Shown here one piece after another: positions 51,145 through 64,000 of a stretch of DNA of 64,000 bases (position 1 is its first letter; each line of letters starts with the position of its first letter). Made by a program: the position numbers and the translations under genes. The notes under the pieces were generated by a model. It saw nothing but the letters and a program-made list of their open reading frames with translations. It ran no database searches and had not been told where the DNA came from. This DNA is from Daphnia carinata. Its lineage: Eukaryota. Where the stretch lies: NCBI RefSeq assembly GCF_022539665.2, contig NC_081334.1:1860001-1924000 (forward strand), read 5' to 3'.

Positions 51145-54100
51145 ATGTCATTTCTTACCCAGTTAGCCTCAGCAGTGGCCACCAACTTAGTGAATTCATT
51201 GACATCTTCCAATATCATAGACCCAGTAAAGGTTATTGAAGTTTCTTCCACTTCACTTGTTACTAGAAATATTTGTAAAAGAGATCAATGTATAGTACTA
51301 TATGGAAAGGGTGTGGGTACGAATACTGGCTTTGAGCTGATCATGACAGGCAGTAGAGACAAAGTTTATAGGTAAAGTATGTTTCACATTCTGAAGAAAT
51401 GCAAGTACTGAAACCCCCACTTTTTAGTCTTTGCAGGTCTGCTGAAGTAACATTTGTAGAACACCATTTTGAAATGGCTAGAGACAAACTTCCATACCTT
51501 ACAAGAATATCAACCGAGGTTGGCTGTAAATCATAAAATTTTTGGCTTTCCACTATATTCATGTTTAAAAAATTTGTATAGCTTTGTGTGCTTCCCCAAC
51601 TACAAGAAGTCTGGTCTCTTATAACAACTAATCCATTCTGGACTGCTGCACACATAGTTGCCCACTATGGTTTACAAGAAGGCTTGAAAGAGCCGTCCTT
51701 TTTGGCGTATTACTTATCCCTTAGCTCTATTCTAGCACATGTTAGATAACAGAGATTATTTTTATTAGTCTGCTGTGCATCATTGACGAATCCACTGGAA
51801 TGACGCCGATGCACGTAGCAGCCAAAAACGGGAAAGCCGACTTCGTCAAGGCTGCAATTGCTGCTATGTCTGGAAATGTCCAGTTTGATGAAGGGGATGC
51901 TAAAGGAAACACTGTATACCATTACGCTGCAATGGCAAACAAAGAAACGGTCGAAGTAAATCAATTGAGTTAAATTTTTTCCTGGCTGCATTGTATTTAT
52001 ATATCATTTTCCGTTATACAAAGGCGTTAGCTTTTTGTGCTTTAGATGGGACAATTAACTCCAGGAATAAAGAAAATCTGACGCCGCTCCATCTAGCCTG
52101 TCAGGCTGATAAACCTGATTGCGTTAAAGCACTTATTGCTGCTGGGGCAAATATCAATGTGGCCAGCAACGAAGAAGGCTCTATCGTTCAAACTGCGGTC
52201 GCGAATAGTTTTGCATGTGCTAAAGAAATTCTTACTGCATTCCCCAATCAGCTTCATGTCAAAGTAAACTAGACTGCAATGGAGTTATGAAAGCCGCATT
52301 TAATTATTTCTTCTTTTTAGGACATGAAAAACGGAGGTACACCACTACATTGGGCTACTACAAAAGAAGTTGTTATGGCTCTTGTAGAATTGGGCTGTTT
52401 CATCGATGCTCGGAATTTTAGTGGCCAGACTGCTTTACATGTAATGGTACAGCGAGATCGATTTGAATGTGTTGTCGCACTGTTGAGTTGTGGTGCGGAT
52501 CCAAATTTAGTCGATTCTAATGGCAATTCACCGCTTCATTTAGCTTCTAGTTCTGCAAGCCTGTTAATAATTCAGGTACTATTATAGCTAATGTGGGATT
52601 CAAATATTGTGTAACGTATATTTTGGCAGGCTTTGTTAGTATTTGGATCGGATGTGAACATGCTGAACGATCGGGGTGAATCCCCACGCCATTTAGTCGC
52701 AGGAAGGGGTTCTAGTAGTGGTCCAGCATTACTCTACTGTCTTCATGCTGTCGGGGCAAAACGGTGTTCCCAGAAGGCGCCGAAATGTGTAGATGGATGC
52801 AGTCCTACTGGGAAAGATGACGGCCAATCATCTAGTGCAGACCAAATTCCACGTTCCCGTCACCTATTTGATGCCATGCTTCATCAGGTTTGCCAACATT
52901 CCGCAACCGCTAATCAAGCACCGTAAGTTCTAACCGAAACAGATTCCCCGTTAGCCGAATTTGAATAACAATGTGCCTCATTTTTGCATTCAGGAAATCA
53001 ATCGTTGGTGGACGTGTTTTGTGTTTAGATGGCGGAGGGATTCGTGGTTTGATCCTTATCCAAATGTTGGAAGCTTTGGAGTTAATCCTTGGTGGTCCGG
53101 TAATCCAGCATTTTGACTGGATCTCTGGAACTAGTACGGGCGGGATTCTTTCACTAGCATTAGCATGCGGTAAATAATAATTTTTCAATCTCATTATAGT
53201 CATTTTTTTTTCACTTTAGTATGGTTTTCCTGTAGGAAAATCTGTTCGTGAATGCAAATCGATGTATTTTCGGTTTAAAGACCAAGTTTTCGTCGGTAAA
53301 CGGCCTTATAACGCTGATTGTTTGGAGGGATTCCTGAAAGCCGAATTTGGCGAGCGAACTATGGCAGATATCACAGGTCCTAAGTAAGTCAAGAACCGAA
53401 GTGTAAACCCGTTAATATTCTACTATTTGCATCGCACTAGATTATTTGTCACTGCCGTGATTGCTGACATGATTCCCGCTGATCTACATATGTTTCGGAA
53501 TTATACATCGCCACAGGATCTGTTGAGTCTACCTGAAGCAACGGTATCTAAAAAACCCGAAGAACAGATGGTATGGCAGGCTGCTCGGGCTTCTGGGGCA
53601 GCACCTACTTATTTCAGGCAATTGACACACAAAACTCGATTTCTTTTTTTTTATTTTTAGCTAATTTTGGATATATTATTTACTATGACTATTTTTTTTA
53701 CTATTTTTTTATTCTCCAACTTTTTAGAGCCTTTGGTTCGTTTCTTGATGGCGGCCTGATTGCAAATAATCCGACGTTAGATGTATTGACTGAAATACAG
53801 GAGTACAACTCGGTTATGAACGCTTTAGGCGCAGGAAGTTCAATTCCACCCATGTTGGTGGTTTCCCTGGGCACAGGTTGCAAACCCACTGAGCTGGTGA
53901 TAAATTTCTAATAAGCAAACGCTGCTCATGTGTTTCTAATACAAAATATCATAGGTGACAAGTATTGATGTTTTCCGCCCAGAAGGTTTGATTGATGCTG
54001 CTCGTTTAGCATGGGGTGCGTCCGCTTTTTTAAAACTACTGGTTGAGCAGGTAAAATCGTTGATTTTTTAAAATTTAATAACATTATGCTGCAACATTGC

Positions 54101-54393
54101 CTTTATTCTCTAATTAGGTGACCTCCACTGATCGACGGGTAAATTTACTAGAAAATAAAAATAGTAAATACACGAATAATTTATTCATGCAAAAATAGGT
54201 GGTAGATCGTGCCAGAAGCTGGTGTAGTATGATTGGCTGTGCATATTTTCGGCTGTCTCCTTGCTTTACGAAAGATATCGCTCTAGACGAGACCCGCAGC
54301 GAACAATTAATCCCAATGCTTTGGGAAACTAAAGCTTTTATCCACTGTCATACTGCCGACTTCAAAAAGATTGCACAACTGCTGAAGGCCTAG
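51145..54393 (+). CDS. PLA2G6: 85/88-kDa calcium-independent phospholipase A2 (iPLA2-VIA)
   Basis: Ankyrin repeats ([22 protein letters not shown]) plus patatin motifs [25 protein letters not shown] and DGGLIANNP. 21-nt micro-exon at 54118-54138. Confidence 0.96.
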
Positions 54394-55124
54394 ATTGAAT
54401 TGAACGTTTCGTGTTCTCTCGTTATGTAACATTTAAAATTGGCAAGTAAAGCGAGGTTTGTTTTTCTGGCAAAAGTTGGATTGGCAAACGAAATACACTT
54501 TCATTGCATGAATTACTGTTGAATTTGACCAACAAACGCATATTCGTTCGTTGTGCCAGCAGAAACAGACGCATTTTACGAGATTTATGCAAAGTTAATT
54601 ATGTTTCATGAGTCCCAGTTTAAAGTAAAGTAATTTTAAGAGTTGTCGTAAACAGAGTGTTGAGTTTTGAGCACGCTGTACAGTAAATAATACTGCCAAC
54701 AAATGACAACGCAGTAGTAACTAGAGACGAAAATTCGCGTTCTCGTAGGATTTCTAGTTAAAACGGTGCTGCTATAGAAAATTACGTAATCACGTTTCAT
54801 GCAACAACCAGTGATTCATGTAGCTTTGTGGTGGCGCGCAATATTTTCGAAGTTTTGGGCGGCTCCAAGTTTGGCAACCGTTGTTTTCCGCACCCTTGAA
54901 GACAGAGAACGTCTGCTATTGGAATGTACGGTTGCCCAAACCAGTGTATAGCCCTCCTTCCAGGAACCCCACACCCATAGTGGACGTTTTGACAACCCGG
55001 ATCAGTCTTTTGGACAATGATCTTGTGAGTGTTGTTCGTGAAAAACGAAAATCTCCAATGTCGATGATATTTTCTTTTAGCTTTTGAAGTGCATTCGGAT
55101 CGGTGTTAAGTGTGGTTACTAAAA

Positions 55125-56346
55125 ATGAGTGGTTATGGCCGTAGAAGAAGTCGAAATATTAACCACATCAATGTTTGTGTCAAATATACCATTTTCTTCT
55201 TCAACTTTGTGTTTTGGGTATGCAAATGTTAGGATTTGCGGGGACGCTTTGCGTTATAAATGATGCTTTTTGTTGTTTTTTATTTACAGCTTCTTGGTGG
55301 TATATTTGTTGGAGTTGGACTTTATGCATTCTTTGAAAAATGGAAGGGCACAGGCTACAGTCTGGTCTTGAACGCTGAGCAAATGATTCTCGATATTTCT
55401 ATCATCATGCTTATTGTTGGTTTTGTCATGTTCACTGTGAGTTTTGCTGGCTGTGTTGGGGCTCTGAGAGAGAACTCCTGTCTTCTCAAATTTGTAAGAA
55501 ATCAGAAATTTATATTTTAAAATTTTTCTCATTAGTATAGTTTGTTGTGTTTTCTAGTACTCTGCTTGCCTGTTATTGTTTTTCATAGCTGAACTGGCCT
55601 TGGCTACACTTGGATTTGTTTTTCCACAGAAAGTCACAGGAGTATTAGAAAAACACTTAACTTCCAAACTCATAGAATTCTACAGGGAGGATCCTGATCT
55701 CCAGAACATAATTGATTTTACCCAGCAAGAAGTAAACTCTAAATAATTGATATTAATGATTCTTTAGTAACCAAAACTTGCATCTATCTTAGTTCAAATG
55801 TTGTGGCTTGAGCCAAAGTGGATACTTGGACTGGTCTCAGAATGAATACTTTAACTGCACAAAAACCAACCCTTCTGTTGAAAGATGTGCTGTGCCCTTT
55901 TCATGTTGCAGGAATCCTGCAGACATCAATGTAAGTATACATCATTTTATGGTAAAATAATTTATTTTCATATATACGTTCCAAAACTTTTTAGACTGGT
56001 CTGATCAACGTGATGTGCGGTTACGAGGCCCAACAACTTACAGTAATATTATATCTTTTGATCTGTCGAAATATTATAAAAATAAAAACCATTTATAGGA
56101 GCTTGAAGCCGCAAAGAAAATCCACATTAGCGGTTGTATTTCTATCATAGAAATGTGGGTGTATGGAAATCTCTATATAATAGCGGGCATAGCCACAGTC
56201 GTGGCTTTTGCGCAGGTAATTTTGCTCATAGCTTCATCATTTAGTATTTCTCTTTACGCACTGTTCTTTTTTAGCTTTTCGTGATTTTCTTGGCGAGAAC
56301 CCTTGAGGGACAGATTCAACGGCAGAAGTCATTATGGATGCGCTGA
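55125..56346 (+). CDS. TspanC8-subgroup tetraspanin (Tspan5/14/17/33-like)
   Basis: [61 protein letters not shown]. Confidence 0.92.
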
Positions 56347-59300
56347 ATTTTACGTAAGGCGCCAGTTCTCTGATTTCAAAGATCATGGTCAACAGAACAA
56401 ACACCCTATTTTCGGTCATACCTTCTATAAAATCATGTTTGCTTTATTCGCGTGTTTGTCGTGCATGTGATACTGCCTCTCTTGGCGCCAGAGAACTCCG
56501 TAGCATTCTCATGATGTAATTTTCATCGTTCAAGTTTCGTTTAGCAGAAATAAGGAAGATCACTTTTTCTAATAAAAAATATAAATAAAAAAAATTATAT
56601 CTATTTCTTGTCTGTTAAAGATGCAATGAAAACGTTTTGACGAAAAAGGGATACCCAATAGGGATATTAAAACATTTCATTTAAAGTTTCTCGTAATGAC
56701 CGTTGCGTCCACAAGAGGCGCCTTAAACCGTGGCTCATAGGGTAGTTTTTTTTTTGTCATACATTCCTAAATTTGCTTAACGCGTGCAGTCCGCTGTCTG
56801 CTTTCCTCGCTAGATTTTACCTCTTGACCTCGTGTTAGTTGCGATTTTCGGCAACAAATTTACTCATTTTTCAATGCTGTTCAAGGTACGCTAGGAGAGA
56901 AAAGATAAAAGCTATGCTTAACAACTTAAAAGCTTTAACAGGGTTTAAGTTTATTACAAAACCTAGAAGTGTCGTGAAGCACATGGGTCAGGAATATCAT
57001 CGGGATTTCGACTTACCTTGGTAGGTGTGTATTGTGTTTTTCAATTTCCACTTGCACACCGTAATCTGTGATTACTAACTAGTGAATCATTAGAGGATGT
57101 TAATTTTTGGAACCTAAAGCACCTTCGCAAGCTCCCGAGAATCAAGTCAAAACATATAAGTAATTGAAAGATTAAGATTTTAGCATGGACATTAACCATC
57201 CATCATTGTTTTGGTCTCTATAAGGTAAATTGTAGACTGTTTTGTTCTAATATGAATTTTTCTGTCCAGGGCACTTAATGTCTGACTTTCCATTACAGTG
57301 GAACAATTACAGCTAGTACTTACAGTAGTTACAACACATGAACAATATTGAAGCTTCTATAAAAAATGCAATAGCATTCACAAGGGAGTGGGTTCATAAG
57401 GACTGGCAAATGTTTTGATTTTGCCCTTGATCTAAGGAAGTTGTCTTTCAAACGGTAATGTGATGTCTTATGGGCACCATGTATAAAAAATCTTCATCAG
57501 CATTCCAGAAACTTCTTCACTGCAGCAGTTATCCTTTGGTAATAATCAAAAATTCTATGCATTTACTGAAAGATCCAGGAACGATTGCTACAGGAACATG
57601 TATGAACACTCAAAATCAGGTGTGATTTTGATCTCAACTCCTTTGGTCCTACATTATTAATGTCTTTTGGGTTAAAAAAGCTACGCCTGAGAAACTTCCT
57701 TAAGGAATAACATTAATGGTATTACTTTCTTTCATTTACAATTGGTTTCTAACTTCTAAGGTGCCACCAGCCAACTCAACAACCAGAGGAGTGCTAGACA
57801 TTTGCGGGTGAACGTGAAAATAGTTGACCGCCTGTTAATTGTAATTCCGATTTTGCTTAAATTTTTATTTTCGATGGTGCATAGACATAGTTGAGTTGCT
57901 GGTAATTGTAATAACCATCATCCTCTGTTAAGTCTTTCAAAAATCGTAAGACCTATTAAGGTATAATTTTTCTGAGAACATTAAGAACCATCTTTGTTTC
58001 CTTCTAATATTTTTTTCTCTAGGTTACTTAATGTTGGTAATTTACATTACGCCAGAAAATACACCAGCAGTCAGCCACCAGGCACTAGGTTTACGAGTAC
58101 TACCTTGCCTTGCTAAAAGTGTTAGGTTTCCCTAGGATCTGCGTAACCGTCAACGTGTTCGACTGACTGTCTCCGATTACGTATCTGCTGAAAGGTAATA
58201 TGTCGTTTTATCGGACATACAAGCTAAAGAAATAAAGTAAGATAAAACGGGGGGGGGTTATAAATTATAAAATATGCTTCTCTGTTTGGGCTGATGCGAC
58301 TTGACTTTATTCGACGGAACATGCCATTTCGATTGTGCTGATGGTTCGTGTTTATGGTAAAACTGGCGCATCTTAGCTGATTACCATTCTTCCTTAGACA
58401 ATGTCTGGTTTCTCACTCGTCCTTTATTTCTCACAATCCCTTTCGGACAGCATCTAGCATGAGAAACTTTAACAGGGGAAATAGATTATCCGCTAATTTC
58501 TCTGGGATACTTTCAACGTGTTTTATACTTTTTTATTCTATCGTTTGACTGTAAGGACTGGCGCAGAAAACTAATGTTCTTTTTTTGTCATTTTCTTTGT
58601 TAAATTGGTATAAGCACAAAGGGCACATAGGTGCAAGCGATACCGAACCGCTTAGGTTTTAAATGCAAATTACTATGTCCTGTGGTTTTGAATCATTATA
58701 TGGCCGCGTATTTGTATGTTGTACCGTGTATTTCAATGGGAATATCTATGTTTTCGAATAAACAATTTGTTCCCTAATTCATTTTTGATTCGTTTTGATT
58801 GTAGTTGTAAAAAAAAAACTAGATGTCGCTGGTGTGCTTCCAATATGGTGTTGTGAATACGTGTGACAGTGGTGTGAGCAGTGAAATCTGTGTTTGAAAG
58901 TTTTTGTTAAAAATGTTTTATTCCAGTGGAAAGTTATAAAAAACTAACTACTATTAAATGTTTTATTCCCTGTGACGTTTTTGGAAGTGAAGCACACTAA
59001 ATAGTTCATTTTTTACGTACCGGCAATCTTGAAAGCTATCAATTCCAAACAGTGACAGATTGCTCTGCTACAAAACTTTGACCGTAGCATTCCAACATGC
59101 TACTCTGTTGTTCTTTTTAGAGGTATTTTACTTGTACAAGGCGCTTAGTATACCCTTTGGCATGATTCTGACTTTAAGATCTAGCTTGTGAAACTTACAA
59201 CGGAAAAGATGCCAACCAGGAGGAAGTTCACCAACGAAGTGAATTCTTGGAATCAATACACCACTGTCCAATTCGCCTACCCTTTGCCCTAGTCATCAGA

Positions 59301-59981
59301 ATCAGTTTTATTCTGATAAATGCAGCATGTTGCTCTTTCTTTGCTTTCCAACAGTTAACCACTATCAATCAACACACACAGACATGGACATCAAAACCAA
59401 TCCCTTTTGGTATTTTAAACTTGAGATTTATCTAGTATTGCTTTTTAAAAATTTAATTTCCCATTGTAGGGCTCCCAAGCTTTCAAGTTCTTCAGCAAAA
59501 TTACCAGCCCTGCAACTTTTGCAGTCTTCAAACAACAGGCTTAGGTAATTGTTTTCCCTGTTATAATTACACCAATAATCTTATATTCCACATGTAGTGA
59601 CACTTTTTCTTCATATTTATTATTTAGTACTATGCCATCAGCTTCATTCCCATGCAAAATTGAAACAAAAATTCTAAGTTTTGCCCGTTCTTCGCTTCAT
59701 CATCTGTCGTCACCAGGCTTTTCGCCCTATCCGTCGCCCAGTCATCGCTTCACCCTTCGCCCTGTCTTCGCCTCGGCCGTCTCCCCGTCGTCGCCTCGCC
59801 TGTCGCCTCGGCCGTCTCCCCGTCGTCGCCTCGCCTGTCGCCTCGTCCGTCGCCGTTTCGTCGCCTCGTGGTCTCCCCATCTTCGTCTCGCCGGCATCCT
59901 GTCGTCGCCGTGCCAGTTGCCCCTTGGTCACCTTGTCTGCGTGGTATCGTTATTTTTTTTAATGTATGTAATGTATAATGT

Positions 59982-60301
59982 AAACTAACCCGTTGGCTGC
60001 CACCCACCTTTTATCCCCTTTTTTTTTTTTAGCTTGACAGGGACGGGCCGCGCTGTTCTGCTCCATGGTCTATCTGCCATGGGGTGGAGCAGCGCCACTG
60101 CCCAAGATTGGCCGAAAGGCCTGTAGGCAATGCACCACAGGGATTCCCTTGATCGATGCGCTTGATGAGACCTGGGGTGTGCATTCCCGTAAAGGTCTCA
60201 TCATCGTGTCAGCCCGGCCCCCTGGCCCCCTTTATCGCTATCCCTAAGATAGCGATGTAGCTACTGTAGTTAAGATGGCGTGGCAGCCAACGGGTTAGTT
60301 T
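59982..60301 (+). ncRNA. Candidate structured RNA, copy 2
   Basis: Perfect 22-bp IR at 59982-60003/60280-60301. Same helices as copy 1 with covarying pairs, plus a GGCC-GAAA-GGCC tetraloop hairpin. Confidence 0.6.
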
Positions 60302-60419
60302 TAAGTGTATGTATGTATGTATTGTATGTGTATTATGTAAAGTGGTGGATTTGAGGGTGGAAGGAGGGAAAATAAAAAGATTTTAAATTATTTATATTTG
60401 TATTTATTTTATTATATGG

Positions 60420-60814
60420 TGACTGATTTGGGGATCGAACCCAAGGAATCTCACACGCTTATCACGTGCTTTACCATCAATCTAACCACTATTCATTAAC
60501 TATGAAAAAGCTATCCCATAATAACCTTGTATAGAACTCATTTCAACATACCCATAAAAATCTAAAGTTATGTATGAAAGGAGTGATGGCACAAAGGTAG
60601 CGTGCTGGACTGTAGTGTCGAAGGTCTGGGGTTCAACTCCCAGGCCGGGTGCTATTGCTGATACGACCACCGATAAGCGCCCCAAAAGTTTCTGATCGCC
60701 GAGGAGAAAGATTTTTTACATTTAAGGGCGTTTTGTGTGTCATGGCGACTCTGAGTATTGAACCCTTGACCTTCGGCTTCTGAAGCCGATGCTCTACCAC
60801 TGAGCCATTTCACA
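60420..60814. promoter_or_regulatory. Three tRNA-like Pol III A/B-box units (-,+,-), copy 2
   Basis: Minus TAGATTGATGG / GGTTCGATCCC; plus TGGCACAAAGG (60587) / GGTTCAACTCC (60630); minus TGGCTCAGTGG / GGTTCAATACT. Confidence 0.7.
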
Positions 60815-61464
60815 TATTTTAGTACTACTATTACTAATAGCGAATGTAGGAGTAAGATTTGGACTTAGAAAAATAAAAGCAAGCTGCCCTTTCGTTCACA
60901 GACCCTTTCATACACTGGCTCACTACGCTGAACGCTTACCTTCCTTTGCCTGTACATCACTTGGCTCAGAACATCGAAGCCAGAACCCAGGCCGCTTGCC
61001 CAATATAATTTTTTTCTCTGACAGATGTTTTTCAATTTTATCAGATATTGTACATGAGTTACAGAAAAATCCTAAATTTTTCTCTAGGGTATTTTCTACA
61101 GTACCGACAGCCCTTTTTCGTTTCTTCTGTCATTCGCCTGTGACGACGCTGACAAATTTTTCGTCGACAGAAAATTTGTGCATTTGACATGAAATTACAA
61201 ATACAGCAAACAGAAAATAACCGTCTTATTCGTTATTTTCTATTTTTTACAACCAAACCCACACACATGTTGTATCTGTATATATAATTTGACTATATAC
61301 ACATGGTTTAGAATGGGAGACAACAATAAGATGTAAATATAAATAATGTGTTCTACTAAGCTCTCAATTTCAGAAGAATGGAAGAAAAGAAAAAAATTAC
61401 TGATTACTCACGCGCAAAAAAAAAGTCGTTTCCAGAGCAATTCCAGTTGTAAGCAGAGAGAAGA

Positions 61465-64000
61465 ACTTCGAAGAAAAACTTCTTCGATTGCCTATACAGC
61501 AGTTCATCCACATGTTTGAGGGAATTGCAGTTCCTGCAAAGGCAAAAAGCATTAACGTAAAATTTTGTTATCCGTTTTAGTATAAATAAATTACTTTCAA
61601 GCAACTTTTTTGGGCATACATACACTGATTAAAATCACCCACTATTTTACCAGACCATAGGCGATTTCAATTGAATTGGTATGTCAATGCAAGGATCACA
61701 AGGATTGTGACTTTACCTGGCATGCTCAGGAACACCTTGAACAGTCAATTTAGTATCAACTCCCTCATACCTAAATACCACAAAAATAGTATATCACAGC
61801 AAAAAGGCAATTCTTTAGGCATACATCTACATGTTAAAAATTATTTGCATTTTAACAACTCAAAGCCAATTTGGATTGCCAACTGGATTGCTATGTCAAT
61901 GAAAAGATCACAAGGATCTCTACTTTACCTGAAATAAACAATATGTTGGTCATTTTTCATTTCACTGCAATATAATACATGATGGTATTATAGATTGATT
62001 ACCTGCATAAAGCTTTACATTACAGATGTAGCTAGAAAACAATAACCTAAGAAATAGTATTTCATTCGAGTTACTATGAGAGTTCTACTAGCATACAACT
62101 CACCTTGATGAATTAAATACTTTAATGTTGTGCAGCCAGCACTACGTTTCAGCACCAAAATATTCAACAACTAATTGCACCTGAAAGACTACAAGACAGA
62201 CGGAAAATAGTATACTATAGTAAAGGTGATTTTTCCCACATCAGTTACTTACGTAGTGTCACGGTTTTACTACACGAGTCAATAGGAAAAGAGTTCACAA
62301 GAAGTTCAAGCATTAACTTCAATTGTTAAATAAAAATACCAAGCAGTGTCGAAGTGAAATTATCCATACCACCGCTGCTAGACCTTTAAGACCATCCAAC
62401 TTTTACACAAAACATTTTTCAATTCATTATCTTTCTTCATCTCAAATATATCAAGAAACTTAAACAAAGATCTATCTAGAAACCTTTTGCTTGTCTAAGT
62501 TAATACATACCCGTATATCCATCGAAGGCCAATAATTTCTGATGGGCTTAAGGCAGCAGGCAACGCCACGTAACAGACATCCAGTAAGGCTTACAAGGAT
62601 ATCTGTTTGGTATCAGGGCAGATGGTTTTGAACGCCATCTATCGAATCAGGCGTTTCGCGCGCCACCTGTTGGACATCAGCACAAGTAGATTCGCAACGT
62701 CATCTGTTGCAAAATAGCCTTAACAGAACTAATACCATTTATTATGCGAATAAGATTGGCACGCCATCTAGTGGGCAAAATCAGGACTTGCCACCATCTA
62801 GTAATCGAATGTGAAACTTTCTTCCGCCATCTAGTGGACCAAATGCAAAGTGGATATGCACGCCATCTAGGGGAGCAAATGCAAAGTGGCTTTTCACGCC
62901 ATCTAGTGGACAAAATGCGAAGTGGTTTGCACGCCATCTAGTGGACAAAATGGCAGGTTTGCGACGGATCAAACGGGAAGTTGGTTTGCACAGCATCTAC
63001 TGGACATCGGCGCAAGTGGCATTGCCACGATAGTATATCCCATTGTGTTCTTTGCAAAACCATACTTTACACGTCCATTTTTCACTGTCCACTATCATTC
63101 ATTAGTACTCACCTTTATTTTATACCTGCATTGTTTTTTACAATTTTTGAATGAAGTTCCTCTCCCCAAAATCTCAGCATTTTCTACCGCCAATCCCCTG
63201 AACAGACAACCTTAATTTCGTGTGAAAGTGGTAACTTGTTAATCATTCTTTCAAGTAATAAAAACCTTTTTCCTATAAACTCATTTTCTTACAACTATCG
63301 ATATTGCCACCAGTGAATTAAACTAAAAGTTAAATCATACTAGTTAAAAGAAGAATATTAGCTTGTTACCTTTCAAGTATGCCACTTCCACCAAAACCTC
63401 ACCATTTTCTGTTTGCCATTCTTGGAACAAGCAAACCAAACTATGTAGTTACAAAACATCTGTTAATCAGCTAGCAGATTGATAGTAACCTGGAATAAAA
63501 TGCTAAAATAAGTAAATGTTATTTTACCAAACGAGGTATATCATTCAATATTTGTGTGAACGTAGAACAAGCAGCAAATGTCAAGAAAAATAAGTTGGGT
63601 TCATACACCCATAATTACCTATAATTAAAGCAGTATTATTTGCTATCAATTCTTGGCATGGCACAGGCTAACAAAGCTCTACATAGCTTTGTTAGCGCAT
63701 CTACATCATATTTTATGATCAGCTAGCAAAGAGTGACAGCAATCTGAAATAAAATGTGAAAATTAATTTGATTCTACTTTAACATTAATGCAAGAGGATG
63801 TAGAACTCAGAAAAACAAATAGTTGCTTAATTGTTCCTTACTTTAATGTTTAAGCAGTAACTTGCCGTTGAATGCTGAAACTTGAAACCTACTTAAAAAA
63901 AAAAAAAATTGAATGATTAATGCACAGACTTAGACCAACTCTGCTGAACATACTTAATTACTTTGTTGAAAATTTAATGTTCTGCAACTTTATTGCCCAC
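61465..64000 (-). repeat. Repeat module B, right copy (inverted), running off the window end
   Basis: The reverse complement matches 650-2985 and 3370-3600. In-frame stops and a frameshift occur in exon-like blocks. Confidence 0.8.
62630..63006 (-). promoter_or_regulatory. Array of about 10 CTCF-like motifs (CCACTAGATGGCG and variants)
   Basis: CGCCATCTAGTGG at ~62762, 62825, 62897 and 62932, plus variants, mostly spaced ~30-36 bp. Confidence 0.65.

Larger units (their letters stand above)
58756..61088 (+). mobile_element. Repeat module A, right copy
   Basis: Colinear with 6063-8603. Confidence 0.8.

Noticed and set aside
60160..60200. Hammerhead ribozyme (CTTGATGAG...GTAAA)
   Set aside because: The CUGANGA/GAAA core is not matched, these bases are paired in a long helix, and the motif is not kept in copy 1.
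60743..60814. Functional tRNA-Leu(CAG)
   Set aside because: The acceptor stem does not pair, there is no long variable arm, and the other copy has a different anticodon. Kept only as an A/B-box unit.
62630..63006. CRISPR-like repeat-spacer appearance
   Set aside because: Eukaryotic context, conserved part only ~13 bp, spacers related to each other, no cas genes.

Overview
Eukaryotic, AT-rich, gene-dense animal DNA with very short (mostly ~55-75 nt) introns and arthropod-type snakeskin-like genes, consistent with a branchiopod crustacean such as Daphnia (inference). A ~45-kb island of conserved genes (11.2-56.3 kb) holds MOCS1, an RDH-type SDR, Gemin6, CstF-77, TMEM147, SANBR/KIAA1841, a C2H2-like membrane protein, CCDC124, NUDT2, PLA2G15, RCC1, three snakeskin-like paralogs, cyclin Y, DNAJC7, MALSU1, PLA2G6 and a TspanC8 tetraspanin. 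Both sides of the island carry diverged members of one unannotated composite repeat family. Module A (6063-8603 and 58756-61088, direct orientation) contains a decayed ORF, a CpG-rich minisatellite, a ~320-nt core bounded by a perfect 21-22-bp inverted repeat, and a trio of tRNA-like Pol III A/B-box units. The core folds into a multi-helix, pseudoknotted structure with compensatory changes between the two copies. Module B (650-2985 and 61465-63600, inverted) is a decayed spliced gene carrying tandem arrays of CTCF-like motifs. The most notable items are the candidate novel structured RNA, the CTCF+TFIIIC-site-laden repeat bracketing the island, and an in-phase alternative 5' exon of DNAJC7 encoding a disordered region with BAG3-like IPV/IPI motifs. 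Gene boundaries and alignments were read by eye, and no database search was run.
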